Below are positions 13,603-27,899 of a stretch of 64,000 bases of DNA, in pieces (position 1 is the stretch's first letter; each line of letters opens with the position of its first letter). A model generated the notes under the pieces. It was not told the DNA's origin. It made no database searches and worked only from the letters and a program-made list of their open reading frames with translations. The position numbers and the translations under genes are program-made. Origin of the DNA: Octopus sinensis. Taxonomy: Eukaryota. The stretch is from positions 171,306,001-171,370,000 of the forward strand of contig NC_042999.1 in NCBI RefSeq assembly GCF_006345805.1, in the 5' to 3' direction.

Positions 13603-14719
13603 CCTTTTTTTTCTTCTTTCAAATTTGCTTCCATTTCTTGCCGAGTGTCTTCCCGACTCCTAGGGCAAAGAAACTCATAGCATACATTGGTAGGCCATTA
13701 AACCAAACTCAGCAGTTCGTTCATTTTTTTTTTTTTTAAGTTAAATTGAAATACATGAGCAGCAACAGTTCTCACATCGACAAAGCTCTTCTCAATACGT
13801 GTGATGTACCAGTTAAGACAATCTTTTGCACTTCTTGCAGGGATGGTAAGCCAGGGATCATTCTCATATAATTTTCGGTTCCCTTCTTGATCATTCCTAG
13901 TGCTCCTACGATCACTGGTATTGTAACCGCCTTGAGATGCCACATTTTCTCAATTTCAATGAGTAGGTCTTTATATTTTCTGAGCTTGTCAAACTCTTTC
14001 GCTGAGATATTATGATCACAGGCGATGCTCATGTCGATCAATAAGCAAACTTTATTGTTTTGGTCTTTCACAACAATATCTGGTTTATTGGCCTTGATGG
14101 TTCGGTCTGTATGTACTGGAAAGTCCCACACAATGGTTACATTTTCTCCTTCAGTTACAGCCTCAGGGTGGTGATTATACCACTTGTCGGCAGTTTTGAT
14201 ATTGTAATGCCGACTTATTAGCCAGTGGAGATATTGGCCAACTCTGTCATGTCTTAATTTATACTCCACTGGTGCTAAGACTTTACATCCAGAGATTAGG
14301 TGGTCCACTGTTTCAATCATGTCGTTGCAGAATCGGCATTTTGGGTCTGCTCCATTTTTCATCACATTGGCCTGGTAGTTCCGGGTAATAGGCTTTGATC
14401 TTGAGCAGCCAGGATGAAACCTTCGCTCTCTGCTTTTAGCCCTGAGCTCCGTAGCCACTGATGGGTTTGCTTCTGGTCAACATCAGCTTGTTTGCTGCGG
14501 GTTACATATTTGCCGTGCAGAGGTTTCTCCTCCCACCTATCAGCCAATTGCTCGTGCGCTTTCTTCATTGCCATCATTTTCACCTTCTTTGCAACAATAG
14601 TTGCCGTACTTCCCTCGGGTTGTTCAGTTTGGGTATCCTGCACGAGATCAATAGCAAATTTTTTGCTTTCCTTTATGATAGAATGAAGCTTCTTTCGTCT
14701 CTCGTGATTTTCCACGAGC

Positions 14720-14720
<1 letters not shown>
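13603..14720 (-). mobile_element. R4/Dong-like non-LTR retrotransposon, 5'-truncated, inserted in (TAA)n
   Basis: ORFs 14362-14715 and 13772-14458 (one frameshift near 14390) give KPLHGKY, AAQDQSL, a CCHC knuckle CRFC..ETVDHLISGC, RHD, and the REL nuclease KPDIVV..LIDMSI. Flanked by (TTA)n on both sides. Confidence 0.92.
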
Positions 14721-14770
<50 letters not shown>

Positions 14771-14778
14771 ATAATAAT

Positions 14779-14824
14779 AATCTTGGGGTTAGTAACCCGC
14801 GATTTTTACCACTATGCTATATGC
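14779..14824 (-). mobile_element. tRNA-like (Pol III A-box) head, truncated before the B-box
   Basis: Minus strand GCATATAGCATAGTGGTAAAAATCGCGGGTTACTAACCCCAAGATT aligns with the complete head at 32037-32111. Confidence 0.65.
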
Positions 14825-15004
14825 TTTTGTGCAAGTATGGAGTGAATTTTAGTGCTCATAAACTAATATCTTCCTATCTATCCTCAATACCAGCTCCCAT
14901 ATGGTAGTCATATCTTCACTCGGTCTGCTTAGAAGGTTGTTGTGTCCTAGCATATGTGCTGCTTCTTTTAGTTTTCGCATTTTCCAGTGTTGTTCTCTAA
15001 TATT

Positions 15005-15205
<201 letters not shown>

Positions 15206-16119
15206 TATATACATATATATATACACACACATATACTTTTTTGTGATTCTTGGCTTACAATTAATATAGAGATAGCATGTTTATCTTTCCTGTGTTCCAT
15301 AAGTAAATGCCCTGAGGAGTCTTTACAGAAACCACCTAATAAGTGGATAATTAAGTACATGAATGAATATGAAACTGATTCTATGTAAACTTTCCTTTTT
15401 AATGTTGAAAATCGGCATATACACACATTTTACGTATTTTGGTTATGATAGTAATTTTGATAATCTTAAATTTTATTTTTATATAACATACCATTATTGT
15501 TTATAAATAATCACCCATAGTACCCATGATAGAATTTCCTCTATATTAACATCATGGGCTTTATTGCTCCTTTAAATTTGTAATTAACATCATTTAGTGT
15601 CTTCTCCTACCCAGCCTACTTTTATAGACAGTTACTCTATACTCAATTTACTACTCCCAGTGTCTTGACAGTATTTATGACCATACCTAGCCATGAGCTG
15701 TCAACTCACTCTTGCCTTTCATTCTAAGCAGACATAGTCCTCTAGACTTAGATTTAGTAGTTGATACAAAAGACAAATAAAATAGAAAGGAACCACAATC
15801 CTTCACAAGCTATGACCTCATACCCTTCTGTAATTGTGTGAATCTGTGCATTATCGTCCTAAATGCTTTGCAGCCTTAGTTTTTTAAAGTAGTCGTTTTC
15901 TAATTCTTAGTTACAATAGCGACAACATGGATTTCTTTCACCTTTTTGCTCTGTTAAAGTATTTGAGAAAAATTGTATTATTGTGTCCAATTAATTAAAA
16001 TTCTATTTATTTGTGCAGTTGCTGAAGGCTCTACACGGTCTTACTGCATCACTTCTTGATATCCTGTTGCTTATTTTGATATATAGATATCACGGTCACG
16101 TGATATCTATATATCTAAA

Positions 16120-16700
16120 TAAGCAACGGTATATCATACCAAAAACATCGAAGCATACACCAAAATCATACAAAACATCCCCTTACTGTCCATGGACCCG
16201 AGAATGAATAATATTATCAATATATATAAAATCCTTAAATGCAAAAAGCAACAGAAATCATTGAAAAATCTCCTAAAAAGTTCACACACCACATCCACCC
16301 CCACCAGTTAAAATATATGCATGCCCTAACCGTGGTACCTGCCCCTTCCTACTTGAAGGCTCTGAATTTACTTTCAAACAAGGAACAAAGTTTAAAATCA
16401 AGACCAACTTGTTCCTCCGAGAACCTCATTTATCTCCTCACACGCGCAGGTTGCCAACACAATTATATCGGACAGAAGAGCCTTCCTTTACGCAGAAAGA
16501 GTAGCAGTCCATAAAAAACAGATAAATCTCCCACAATACCGTCAAATTCCATTCACTAGCCACATAGACTCTTGCGCTAGAAAAATAATCCCAAATGTTG
16601 TATATAACCTTCCTATCAATGTAAAGACACAATCTCTACACAAGAAATAATCAACAAGGAAAATCTTTTATTGAACAATTCCAAACGGTCCTGAATATGC
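16120..16700 (+). mobile_element. Penelope-like element, degraded GIY-YIG endonuclease fragment
   Basis: ORF 16239-16514 ends with TCSSENLIYLLTRAGCQHNYIGQKSLPLRRK, the NxIY..CxxC..YIG signature. Homologous to 53860-54260. Confidence 0.85.
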
Positions 16701-17279
16701 TAACTCCACGGTGACTGTATTCCTTTTTTTAGCATCGTCTTTGACAAAAAATAGATATAAGCATCCTGTTTGACAAAAAATCCAGTATTCCAAGTAAAGA
16801 GTATAAAGTTCACAGAATTGTCTCCCTTTATTCACAGGAACTGGATAGCTCCTACTCCATTTCCTGTTTTGACACATAAACATCCAACCTCCTCAAACAA
16901 AACACTACACTAAAACACATGCATCCTAATCCTCCAAAGAAGTTTTTCCATGGAATAATACTGAATTTTAAAAGCTTAAAGACAGTATAATGTATTTGAA
17001 TACTTATTTATTAATTTTTGTATATATTTATTATTTTTTGAATAAACATTATAAATTTTTTCTCCTTCCTCACCTTAACAATTTTTTTTCCCCTTCTCCA
17101 TCTTGAAAATTTGCCTTGCAATGAAAGCTGGTTTTGATTTTCTTTTTTAATCTTTCTTGCACCCATATGAATTAAAATTTGCTTTCAGTTTAGCATTCCG
17201 CCTTATTATTATTATTTCTTTCTTTCCCATACAGATATATATATATATATATAGTGAGAATTTACAAAAAAAAAAAAAG

Positions 17280-17425
17280 AGAAAAAGACGAAGATGTATT
17301 CGTTTATCGCTCGGGAAGTGAGAAAGTTTTTTACGTTCCAAGCCTACGCTCTTCGTCAGAAAGGAACAGAGAAATAAACAGGGAGAAAAAATAGAAAAAT
17401 GTTTAGTGGATAGCAATCTATCATG
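17280..17425 (-). ncRNA. Penelope pLTR-like repeat with degenerate hammerhead (core 17328-17363)
   Basis: Minus strand reads TTT-CTGACGA-A-GAGC-gtag-GCTT-GGAAC-GTA-AAA, with GAAA mutated to GGAA. Flanks resemble 33835-33920. Confidence 0.65.
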
Positions 17426-18399
17426 CCGAATGCTGGACAGAGGAGTCACACAGGAGAGCTGGGTAGAAGGGGACATAATAAGTAGTGGTCATCCCAAAAT
17501 GAAGGTGCGAGTGCGTGTGTATGTGAGAACGTGGCATTTTCATTATATATATATATATATTATATACATACATCATTTTCATTTCTTTGAAATTAGATCT
17601 GAGGTGATGAATAAATATTTATTCTTATTACATTTTAGATAAGTATGGGTCAATAAAGTTTGTAAATGTATCTCTAATGGTTTGTTACAAATAAATGATG
17701 CTATTTTAAAGTTAATGTCGGATTCTTGATTAGTGACACCCACACTCATGGAAATTGCTGTTGTGGAGATCTAACCGTTTTAAGTGAATACTGGCAACAA
17801 TGATTAATGTTATTTTAGGTAAAGATTAGTTTTGGCCTGGATAAATAAAACAGCTATAAAATATCCCGGTTTGCAATTTACTGTGGAACGAATGATGACC
17901 GAGCATCATAACACAAGCATACTTTCACACGGAAAAGAACATCCATACACATGCTTTCATTAAAATGCATATCGGTATACTTGCAGTCATACATACGTAC
18001 ACTTACACTGGTGTATAATTGACATATGCATTGATACCACGCAGTAGCTGCACGTTTATCGTTAATAATGGTGATAACTAAATATTTTATCTTAAGAAAC
18101 CTAGTAGTGGATGTTAATACACATTAATAAATCTGTGAGAAAATAAAGCACTTATATCGTTTTATCTCTATAGCATTACAATAGTTTGTTATAAAGGTCA
18201 TAGTTTGTAATTAATTCCCCGTGGAATTAATTATGACCGAATTTCTTTAAAATAAACGCACATGCGCGAAGATACACATAATCATTAAGAAGGAAACTCA
18301 TGCACACAAATATGCGCGTTCTTCGTTTTTCTCTTTCGCTCAAACCCAAACGTTATTCATACTAATCCTTAAAATCTAAAGCAAAATCTGATTAAAGAC

Positions 18400-18800
18400 A
18401 TGCTCCTTGCTTGGAAATTCGAAAATAACTTTATATAAACAAGCATATCTTCAGCATAGGGACAACTGCATCACAAGGACTGGCTGTATCACACCACTGC
18501 GAGAAAATATTTCAACGCTCAGGACGATGCTGCTGCTTTGAATTCAGATAGCCTAGACCATATGCAAACAAAGGCTACTCACCATGGATGAATAAAGGCA
18601 ATAAAATTTTCACTCTTTCAAGAAGTACCGTGACAGAATATCATATCGTTCTCCCTTTATACCGCTACTGCAGCCGATCTACTTATCAAGGATGGACTGC
18701 CTTGTACCACTTACACATTTGATTTTCCAACTCATTAGACTTAACTTCTCTTATCCTCCGTAATTTGGAAGTCAACAATGTTATGCACTAAACACTACAT
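18400..18800 (+). mobile_element. Possible highly decayed LINE 3' fragment (CR1/L2/Jockey group)
   Basis: Patchy resemblance to RT C-terminal motifs (LDHMQTKA, LYRYCS..LVP). Only weakly supported. Confidence 0.3.
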
Positions 18801-19788
18801 CCAATTTTCCCTCCCTTCTCTTTTCTCTATTGTGCATGTCTCGAATTGCTGCACTTCAATATATACGCTAACCAAAACTGTGCATGAAAAGAGAACTATA
18901 ATGTAAGCGACGAATGGATGGAGAGGAACAGCAGCGCCGACGCCAACTTACTGGAAGATCTTTGATTGTAGGGATAAGGGTAGAATTAAAATCGACTGCA
19001 CACGTTGTAAAAATGCATGCAACAAAATGAAAGCCACTAAAATCAACAAAAGAGAAAGCAGTTGTTTTAAAACTTGTACTAGTAACTTTTACAGAGAGTG
19101 GCCTCGATAATCCAAATAAAGAGTTTCTGCACAATTTAGTCACAGTATCCAATTGTCGAATTGCATTCAAATGGATTTTGTAGGGTTGAGGTAATATAAG
19201 AGAAACTCACTATATAGCATGCGCTAATATTGAACCTATGACCGCTGGATTAAGAAACGACATTCTTAATTAAAGGCTTTATCTGAGCTAATAAAGGCTT
19301 TATAACTTAGAAGTAATTCAAAATAGAGCAGCAGTATAACCGAATACCAATGACAGAAATCAATAAAAGACAAAAGACAAGGAAGGAATATGAAAAGCAA
19401 TCTGTGTTCTTAGAAGCAAATAATATGAAGCAAGTATTCATTGGAAAACGATTCAGATTTTGTTTTTTGAATAAGTAATTGGAAAAACAGACGATAAATC
19501 AATGTAGCCATTCCAATGAGACGAAAAAAAATCTCATCCTGAACAATATTCTGTAAGCCTAAAGAGAAACTAAGTTAACAGAAATAATAACAAACTATAT
19601 ACTTCAGTAAAATCATTCGGCTGAAGGCACGAAGCTACATTTGATATGTACCAGACATATCTACAAAAGGATAAAAATAAAATAAGGATTTGCATTTGCA
19701 TTGTTCATTTCCCGCTAAATATTATTTTGTGTAGTGGGTAGAAATATATATCTAATCAGGTATTTAGCTTGGGGTAATGGAAAAGTTG

Positions 19789-19847
<59 letters not shown>

Positions 19848-20794
19848 CGTGTGTGTGCATGCGCGTTCGTATGCATGTGTGAAGAAAAGGAAGATAATTT
19901 AAGAGAACAACATACAACATCTAATGAGGTTAGTGACAAAGACATGCTACCATAATCCCAGAAACACTGGTGCAAGCTGACAACCAAGCAAATTAAATGT
20001 AAAACACAGTCTCTCTCAAACATTAGAAACAAACTTCTACAAAAGAACAACGATTTTATATAGCTTCTTAAGAAATATGTTTTAAGCGAAAAGCGATTAA
20101 GTGTGCGACTCTGAGAATCCTATTTCAATTATGTTTATAATGGTATACGTATTATTTGCCTTGTCTAAATGAACGTTTTTATCTTTTTTCTTAATGTACT
20201 GCTTTTGGTAAGCATATACAGATAACCCCGCAAGTCGAATGCATTTACTTGTTCTCATTTAAACAAAAACAAAATACGATGATCCGTTGACATCTATGAT
20301 TCATTTCACATAGCTAATAAATATTTTGCGGTACGTATTCTATTCTGAACAGTGTCATAAATGTTAGTTTCAAGGCAGAGAATGTATTCCAAAACACTAA
20401 CATCGACAATAATAAATTTAGGAAATGAAATAAAAAATCCAATTACGCTTAATCCTAAAGTTTAGAAATATTATTTATGAAATTAAAACCAGTGTTTCAC
20501 AATTAGTCGAAAGTTGCCGGTATCATAAATACCATATTAATTTCATTCAAAATACCACAAATAAGAAAGAAGGGACAAAGCGCACATTAGTAGAAACTTC
20601 TGAACTAATAGAGACGTTACATATGCAAATCTCGTACTTTTGCAATTAATGACTGCAAAATAAAAATGATTCGAAAGCATCCAACAGACGATAACGTTGA
20701 AGAATCTGGGGTGAAAAACACTGCAGTATTTCATTAATAATCATATAACTTCTTGAAATGTATGTGTATGTGTCTGCGTGTGTCTGCGATACAT

Positions 20795-21170
20795 ACTTCT
20801 TTACTGCCCACAAGGGGTTAAACACAGAGAGGACAAACACGGACAGACAAACGGATTAAGTCGATTATATCGACCCCAGTGCGTAACTGGTACTTAATTT
20901 ATCGACCCCGAAAGGATGAAAGGCAAAGTCGACCTCGGCAGAATTTGAACTCAGAACGTAGCGGCAGACGAAATACCTCTTTCTTTACTACCCACAAGGG
21001 GCTAAACACAGAGAGGACAAACAAGGGCAGACAAACGGATTAAGTCGATTATCGACCCCGAAAGGATGAAAGGCAAAATCGACCTCGGCGGAATTTGAAC
21101 TCAGAACGTAACGACAGACGAAATACGGCTACGCATTTCGCCCGGCGTGCTAACGTTTCTGTCAGCCTGT
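20795..21170 (-). mobile_element. Head-to-tail dimer of SINE family A
   Basis: Two tandem copies start TTCTTTACT.CCCACAAGGGG (about 20797 and 20981). The right copy keeps the tRNA-like head and has a ~30 bp deletion between TATCGACCCC repeats. Confidence 0.9.
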
Positions 21171-23124
21171 CGCTTTTGTGTGTGATACCTGCTGGATCTA
21201 CTTATCTATTACAATGATTTCCACTTAATGATTTGGCCGAATATATAGATCCGTGATTATTAAGCAAAAGAGATCAATGCTTGGTGATAATTTCAAATAC
21301 AATATTATCTATTTAGTATTTTGAATGTAACGTTAAATATTAAATAATAGAATTTCAATGATTGTTTAAGCTATACTCAGAAAAGTTTGAGATGAGCAAT
21401 TTTATACACGAATGCGTTAGTAGTTTACAGTCATTGATTAAAGATTAAGCACTATTGTTAGAACGTCAAATATTTAGACAGTAAGAGATAATATGGCCAT
21501 AAGAAAAGGTATAAGAAAATAAATAGTTTCTACACGATATTTGTCACGCGACGATAGAGGAGTGTTTTAATTGAAAATACACTTTTTACGTTACATGTAT
21601 TATACTTAATCAGAATTGGTTACATTAGCGTAACAAAGCGTGTGATAGGGAGAGAGGGAGAGAGAGAAAGAACGAAAAGTTGTGAGAAAGAGAGAGAGAG
21701 AGAGAAGAGGGAAAATAAAAAAGAAATATAATGTAAGCTAAAGCAGAAAAAACAATGTAGTTTAATGACGAATAAAAATAGAATGAGATGAAGTCAAATC
21801 TAGCCGATTACAGAGGAAATTAGATATACAAGTATATTGGTGTGTACACACAGAAGCTAAATTGTATTAAGAAATGGGAAGAGTTATGGCGACAGATGGA
21901 ATAAAGGATACAAACAGACTGGGTACACAAGCGTAATAGTGAGAAGCTATTTCCATCTGTGAGTGAGTAACGCTGGAAATTGAAAATCGACAGAAGTCGT
22001 TAATGTTGCGTTTTGGTGCAAAAGTTGAATATACATATATACATGCACACGTATTTTGATGCTCGTAACGATATATATAGGAACTCTATACGCATGTAAC
22101 AGTCACAGAGGAAACAGAGACACAGACAGACTGACAGACAGACACACACTCACAATCATGAGTGTATGCGTATGCAATAATGCAAGTATGTATATATTTA
22201 TGTATGCGCACATACTTGTATCATAATACGCTTGTGATCCACGAGTTTTTTTTTATCTCGCCATAATTTTCGTTTTATATATCTATCAATCTATCGGTGT
22301 ATCATCCTGTCTGTCTTTCTAACTATCGAAATTTTCGTATATATGCACACACATTTATATGTAATATAATATGATATAGTATAATATAATATCACACAAT
22401 ATAATGTATATGATTAATATATATGCGTGTATATATATATCTATATCTATATATATATATATATGTAACTGTATACACACCAACCTATGTATGCATGCAT
22501 ATGCATACATATACATACACACATACATACTCGCACGCACACAAACAGAAATATCTACATGTATGTGTGGGTGTGTATTTGCGTGTGTATACGGGTGTCT
22601 TTAGACGCTTATGGTGTTCGGAAAAGCATTAGAATTCATTAAAACCAGTGTCGGCACCATTAATCCGTTAAGAAAACGCTAAGGATGATTTGCAAATCTA
22701 GATCAACAAATGCTCACAGTAGACAGTCAGAAAAAATTAGCAAAGAGAGAGAGAGAGGGGGAGAAATTAAACTGGTCCAAAACACTAATAAAATTGAAAA
22801 GTAAACAAAAAACAAAAGTAAACGACATTAATAAATAAATAAATAAATCAACTGTGGCCAAATTAACAATAATGGCTGTGGAAATAACCATAAAGACTAG
22901 CATTTCGTTAGATGTAAGTTGTATTTAAACACGAAAGAAGAAACGAAGAATGTCGACTTCTTTATGTCAATAGCGTTACGGAGTCTCACTCTTGACATTA
23001 ATGCTGTTTAAAAGACTCGAGGCAGTTGTAACCTAAAGTAAATCACCTTTTTCTCTCTCTCTCTCTCTGTCTCTCTCTCCCTCTTTCTCTTTCAATTTAA
23101 ATCTTTCATGCCATCACGATCTAT

Positions 23125-23174
23125 CTATGTATCTATGTATGTATGTATGTATGTATGTATGTATGTATGTATCC

Positions 23175-23255
<81 letters not shown>

Positions 23256-23492
23256 CAGCTTATGCACACGCACAATATATATATTTATATATAGATAGAT
23301 AGATAGAGAGAGAGAGAGAGATAAATAGATAGATAGTTACATAGATTAGATAGATACATACAAACAAACATACATACACACCACACACACACATACACAC
23401 ACATATATATATATACACACACAGAGGCACTAACGTGCATGTGACATAAATATGTGCTCACGCACGAGAATATATTCATTCATACGTGTGTG

Positions 23493-23537
<45 letters not shown>

Positions 23538-23560
23538 CACATATAAATATATACATATAT
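23125..23560. repeat. (TATG)n/(TCTA)n/(TAGA)n/(TA)n microsatellite cluster
   Basis: Directly visible arrays. Confidence 0.95.
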
Positions 23561-24445
23561 GTACATATATGGATTTATATCACACACTCATACATATATA
23601 TGAAACTGTGTATCTTTACATATACACAGGTATACATATACATATATATAATACACAAACACAAACAAACACACACACACATGTGCCTGTATCTTGTCGT
23701 CAGACATTTTCGTGTGTTTCTGTTTTATATCCTTATCAACCTTCTTGTGTTCAGTCATTCACTGTGACACATACAGATGTAAATACACGTATACACAGCA
23801 TACAATCACATGAATTTCTACTCAGCCATTTCTCTCTTAGTTTTCCATATTATATTTTTGTTTTTCCTTCCATTTCTTCACTCAACTTTCTATCATCCCT
23901 CGCTCTAATATAGAACATGAAGCTTGAAACCATAACGATTCCGAGTCATTTTCAATTTCAAGGAAATAGTTATAACATATTTATTTTTTTTATTTTCTAT
24001 ATTTTCTTTTTATTATAAGTTATTTTCTTTTTGCTTCTTCCATTAAGAAGTCGATATTGTTCCATTATCTTGGAAGCGTTACTTTTAAGAGTTGCCTGCC
24101 TTGAATTTTTGGACTACCATTAGCATTACTCTCCGTGCTTTTACGTCACTCCATCTGGTCTGATTTACCGAAGAAGTCTTCTCTCATCATCTTCACATTT
24201 TAAAGGTTTTCTTATATGAAGCGTAAATTTCCTGTTCTTGACGAAGTAGCATTAGTTAAGAGTAAATTTTAAAATGAATTGCAGAATTACATGGTGGGAA
24301 AGAGAGAATAGTAAAGAAAGATAGTCAGGTAATGAGACAGAAGTAGTAGAAAAGGAAGAAAAATTAAAAATAAGAACGAAAATCAATAAAGGAAAAGAAA
24401 ATTGAGCGCAAACAAAATGAATTAGAATAAAGAATAAAAAAATAA

Positions 24446-24495
<50 letters not shown>

Positions 24496-25454
24496 TATTA
24501 ATCATTAAAGAATATTCTAAATACATCATTTGCATAAGGGCTCTCTTTCTTTCCGTCTCTCTCTCTCTATCTCTGTTTCTCTCACAAACAACAAATACAT
24601 GCGTGCGCACATCCACTCATACATACAAACACACATGCATAGTTGCACTAATATATATATAAATATATATATGTATGTGTGTGTGTGTGTATGTGTATGT
24701 ATGTGTGTGTAGTAAGTGTATATTATTGAACAACATTAGTCGCTATTGTTATTTATCTAAAGGCCGTAAAGGACAGCATTACTTTAGGTATCCGATGGCT
24801 TATAAGAGCTCAAGCTGTGAGAATCCGTCAACCTTTTATTTCAGCAGAGTATCATACATTACTTCATCCAATGTACTTTGTATATTTTCAACAGTTTTAG
24901 TTTGGTATATGTCTGACATTGGGATCTGTCTGACATTCCTTGCAGGGCATGCAAACTCCTAATAATACTCTCATCAGCTTATGATTAATAGTGATCAGTT
25001 GCGTCTCTCTGCCCCTTCCATACTGGCATGAAAGTCAGCATGATTATAATTATAAAGTATCATTCAAATTTGCATTAATAGATTTCACTTCTGAGGTACA
25101 GAATTTTAAATAGACTCATAAATGTCTATGCATTTTCCTGAATGAAGAAAGAAACAAATTTAACTTTTACTCGATTGCGTGATTGACAAAATTCTTTAAA
25201 GTAGCAAATATGTTCCTAAGCTAAACCCAACGCAATTTTAATGAACTGATATGCTCATAAGTGGTTCGTTCATTTAGGAAGTCTGTAAATAAATAAAACA
25301 ATCATTGTCAGCATACCATTTGCAATATCAACGAATTTTAGCAAGGTAGTTCACGATAAGGCACATTGAAAGGCTTATAGCTTTTTAAAGAATTCAAGGC
25401 CATAGCAGGGAATCTGAAAATCTTCCTCAGCGAGTGAAGTCATGATTATGAAAA

Positions 25455-25494
25455 CCTGTTGCTGCTGTTGCTGTTACTGCTGCTGCTGATTCTG

Positions 25495-25552
<58 letters not shown>
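25455..25552. repeat. (CTG)n/(CTA)n trinucleotide microsatellite
   Basis: Directly visible. It produces the poly-S ORF. Confidence 0.95.
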
Positions 25553-26445
25553 GTTTCCATTTTAGCAGACGGGAAACATGACTACGCTTGCATTTATCCA
25601 GGCTCTCCCGACATATATGCGACCATGCATCCACATTCCACCCAAAAAGGTAATTGCGCATTCGTAAATTATGATAGCAGAAACAGCGTATAGCAAAATA
25701 TCTTATCGCGCTGCAAAAACAACGGACAATTCTAATAATAAAAATAAGCAAACCTAAACACCCTCACGCAATTTTCTATCAGCAAATATGGAGAAAACAT
25801 ATCTTCTATTGAAACTCAAAAGGAAAAAAAAAAGAGATAAAAGTCAGAGTGTTTCGGGTAATTATGTTTATTCCCAAGCCTACAAACAGAAGACTGTTAA
25901 AAAATGTAAATACAAGATGCAAAATCATAAATATTTACCAAACACAGGCAATAAATATTTTCCGTAAATAGCTGTCATTTAAGAAATAGTATAACATCAC
26001 CAGGTATATGTGCTGTAAGACACCACAGTATGATACACTATAGACAAACATTACTGATACCGTTAAATAATGTAACCGTCAGTCCCCTTGGAGGAGACGG
26101 TAAAACATAATATTTTCTAACATCTTGAAAATCACTCCCTCCTTAGATGAACGTACGTCTCTAATAAAGCCAGATCAGTTATGGATTCAGTCTCCAATAT
26201 GATCGCAAGTGCTCCCCATCTCTCTCTCTCTCTCTCTCTCTACCTCTCTTTCTCTCTCTCTCTGTACCTCTCTTTCTCGCTCTCTCTCTTTGAAATCACC
26301 ATGGAAACATAAAACATCTGGCGAAATTTATTATTTATATACATTTCTTGTTTGTTATATCACTGACCGCTTGTTAGATTTGCGCGGTCACAGACTACAT
26401 GATAGAGCTCCCTCAGTTCCACACTCTATGAACAATAGTATAACC

Positions 26446-27017
26446 AAAGGTTCCATGTCTTATGCCGCACACTTTTAATTGCCTTAGGCACCAACAAATT
26501 TCATTGTCACCCAGATGATACCACGATTAATTCCGCTATAAAATTCTGCCCACCAGCATAATCTAAATACATGTTACTCACCAAACGCTAAAAATATTCT
26601 ACGTCATTAAACAAATATTCGGGTATATTCTTCAATGTCGTCATACCAACAACAAAATCAGTGGTTCATATTATAACAGTATCATTGCATACATCTGGAA
26701 CTATGAATAATAGGAAAGCAAAGCTCACAAGTTTGCTACAACACTATACTTTCTACCATCGCGTGTCCTCATTGGCAAATGCAGATCCCACAGCTAATGA
26801 ATACAACAGTACGAAATCTAATCCACACTTTGAGGGATTCTATATTATCTTAAAACTGAATACGCTACAAAACTCAAAGTTACACAGGTTTTGCGCTGAT
26901 GTCACTAAGTGTATGGATATCGTAAATATAAAGCAGAGAAAAAAAAGCAATCGAATACTTAAAATTTGTTGGTGCCTAAGGCAATTAAAAGTGTGCGGCA
27001 TAAGACATGGAACCTTT
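26446..27017. repeat. Perfect 56-bp inverted repeat (26446-26501 / 26962-27017), 460-bp spacer
   Basis: AAAGGTTCCATGTCTTATGCCGCACACTTTTAATTGCCTTAGGCACCAACAAATTT and its exact reverse complement. No target-site duplication is evident. Confidence 0.95.
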
Positions 27018-27449
27018 CTCCCACAAATTTGCATCCTCCAACCATAGACTTTTCTCAGAATATATTCGTCTCTCTTTCTCTGAGCAGAGTATGCTATTCT
27101 TCCAGTGTTATTACCGATACCATACATATTCCTTCAGGTCTCATTTCAACATCACTAGTGCTTCACTTACACGAATCGACACATTGAAATATATTGTTTT
27201 TCAGCATTCAACGAATTGCAACTGTATACTGCGTCGAACCTAGCCGCATCAAACATTTTGCAAAAGCCAATGAAAGAAATATGGTGATCTAAAACGTGTA
27301 TAGTGACAAAACAGTGAATATTTAAAATAAATCACATTCTAAGTATCTCGTAGCAGATTCACATAGATTTGAAACTAGTACAAAACTACTGCGATATATC
27401 ATTCAAATTTATAGCAATATATATTTAAACAGATACCAACTAAGATATA

Positions 27450-27500
<51 letters not shown>

Positions 27501-27611
27501 TTTAAAAATTGAGGGAGATAAATTAATATTAATTTTAATATCAATTTAAAACCAGTAGTCCAGCATTCAAAAAATCTGAGGAGTCAGAGAAAATTCAAAT
27601 ATATGTGTATA

Positions 27612-27761
27612 TGGCAGGGCTGGCCTGCTAGGTAGCCGGCCAGAATGCTAGAAAAAGATCATCAACGATCAAACTACAAGGAAATTCTCTAGAGGAAGAA
27701 TTCAGCGAACACCAGAACCAAAACCAATTCTGGCCGGCTACCTAGCAGGCCAGCCCTGCCA
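27612..27761. repeat. Perfect 35-bp GC-rich inverted repeat (27612-27646 / 27727-27761), 80-bp spacer
   Basis: TGGCAGGGCTGGCCTGCTAGGTAGCCGGCCAGAAT and its exact reverse complement, set between (TA)n tracts. Confidence 0.95.
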
Positions 27762-27767
27762 ATATAC

Positions 27768-27873
<106 letters not shown>

Positions 27874-27899
27874 TATGTATATATATGTATATGTATTAT

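Noticed and set aside
15311-15345. CTGAGGA-GTCTTTACA-GAAACC as a hammerhead
   Set aside because: Only a 2-bp helix II, and no NUH or helix I.
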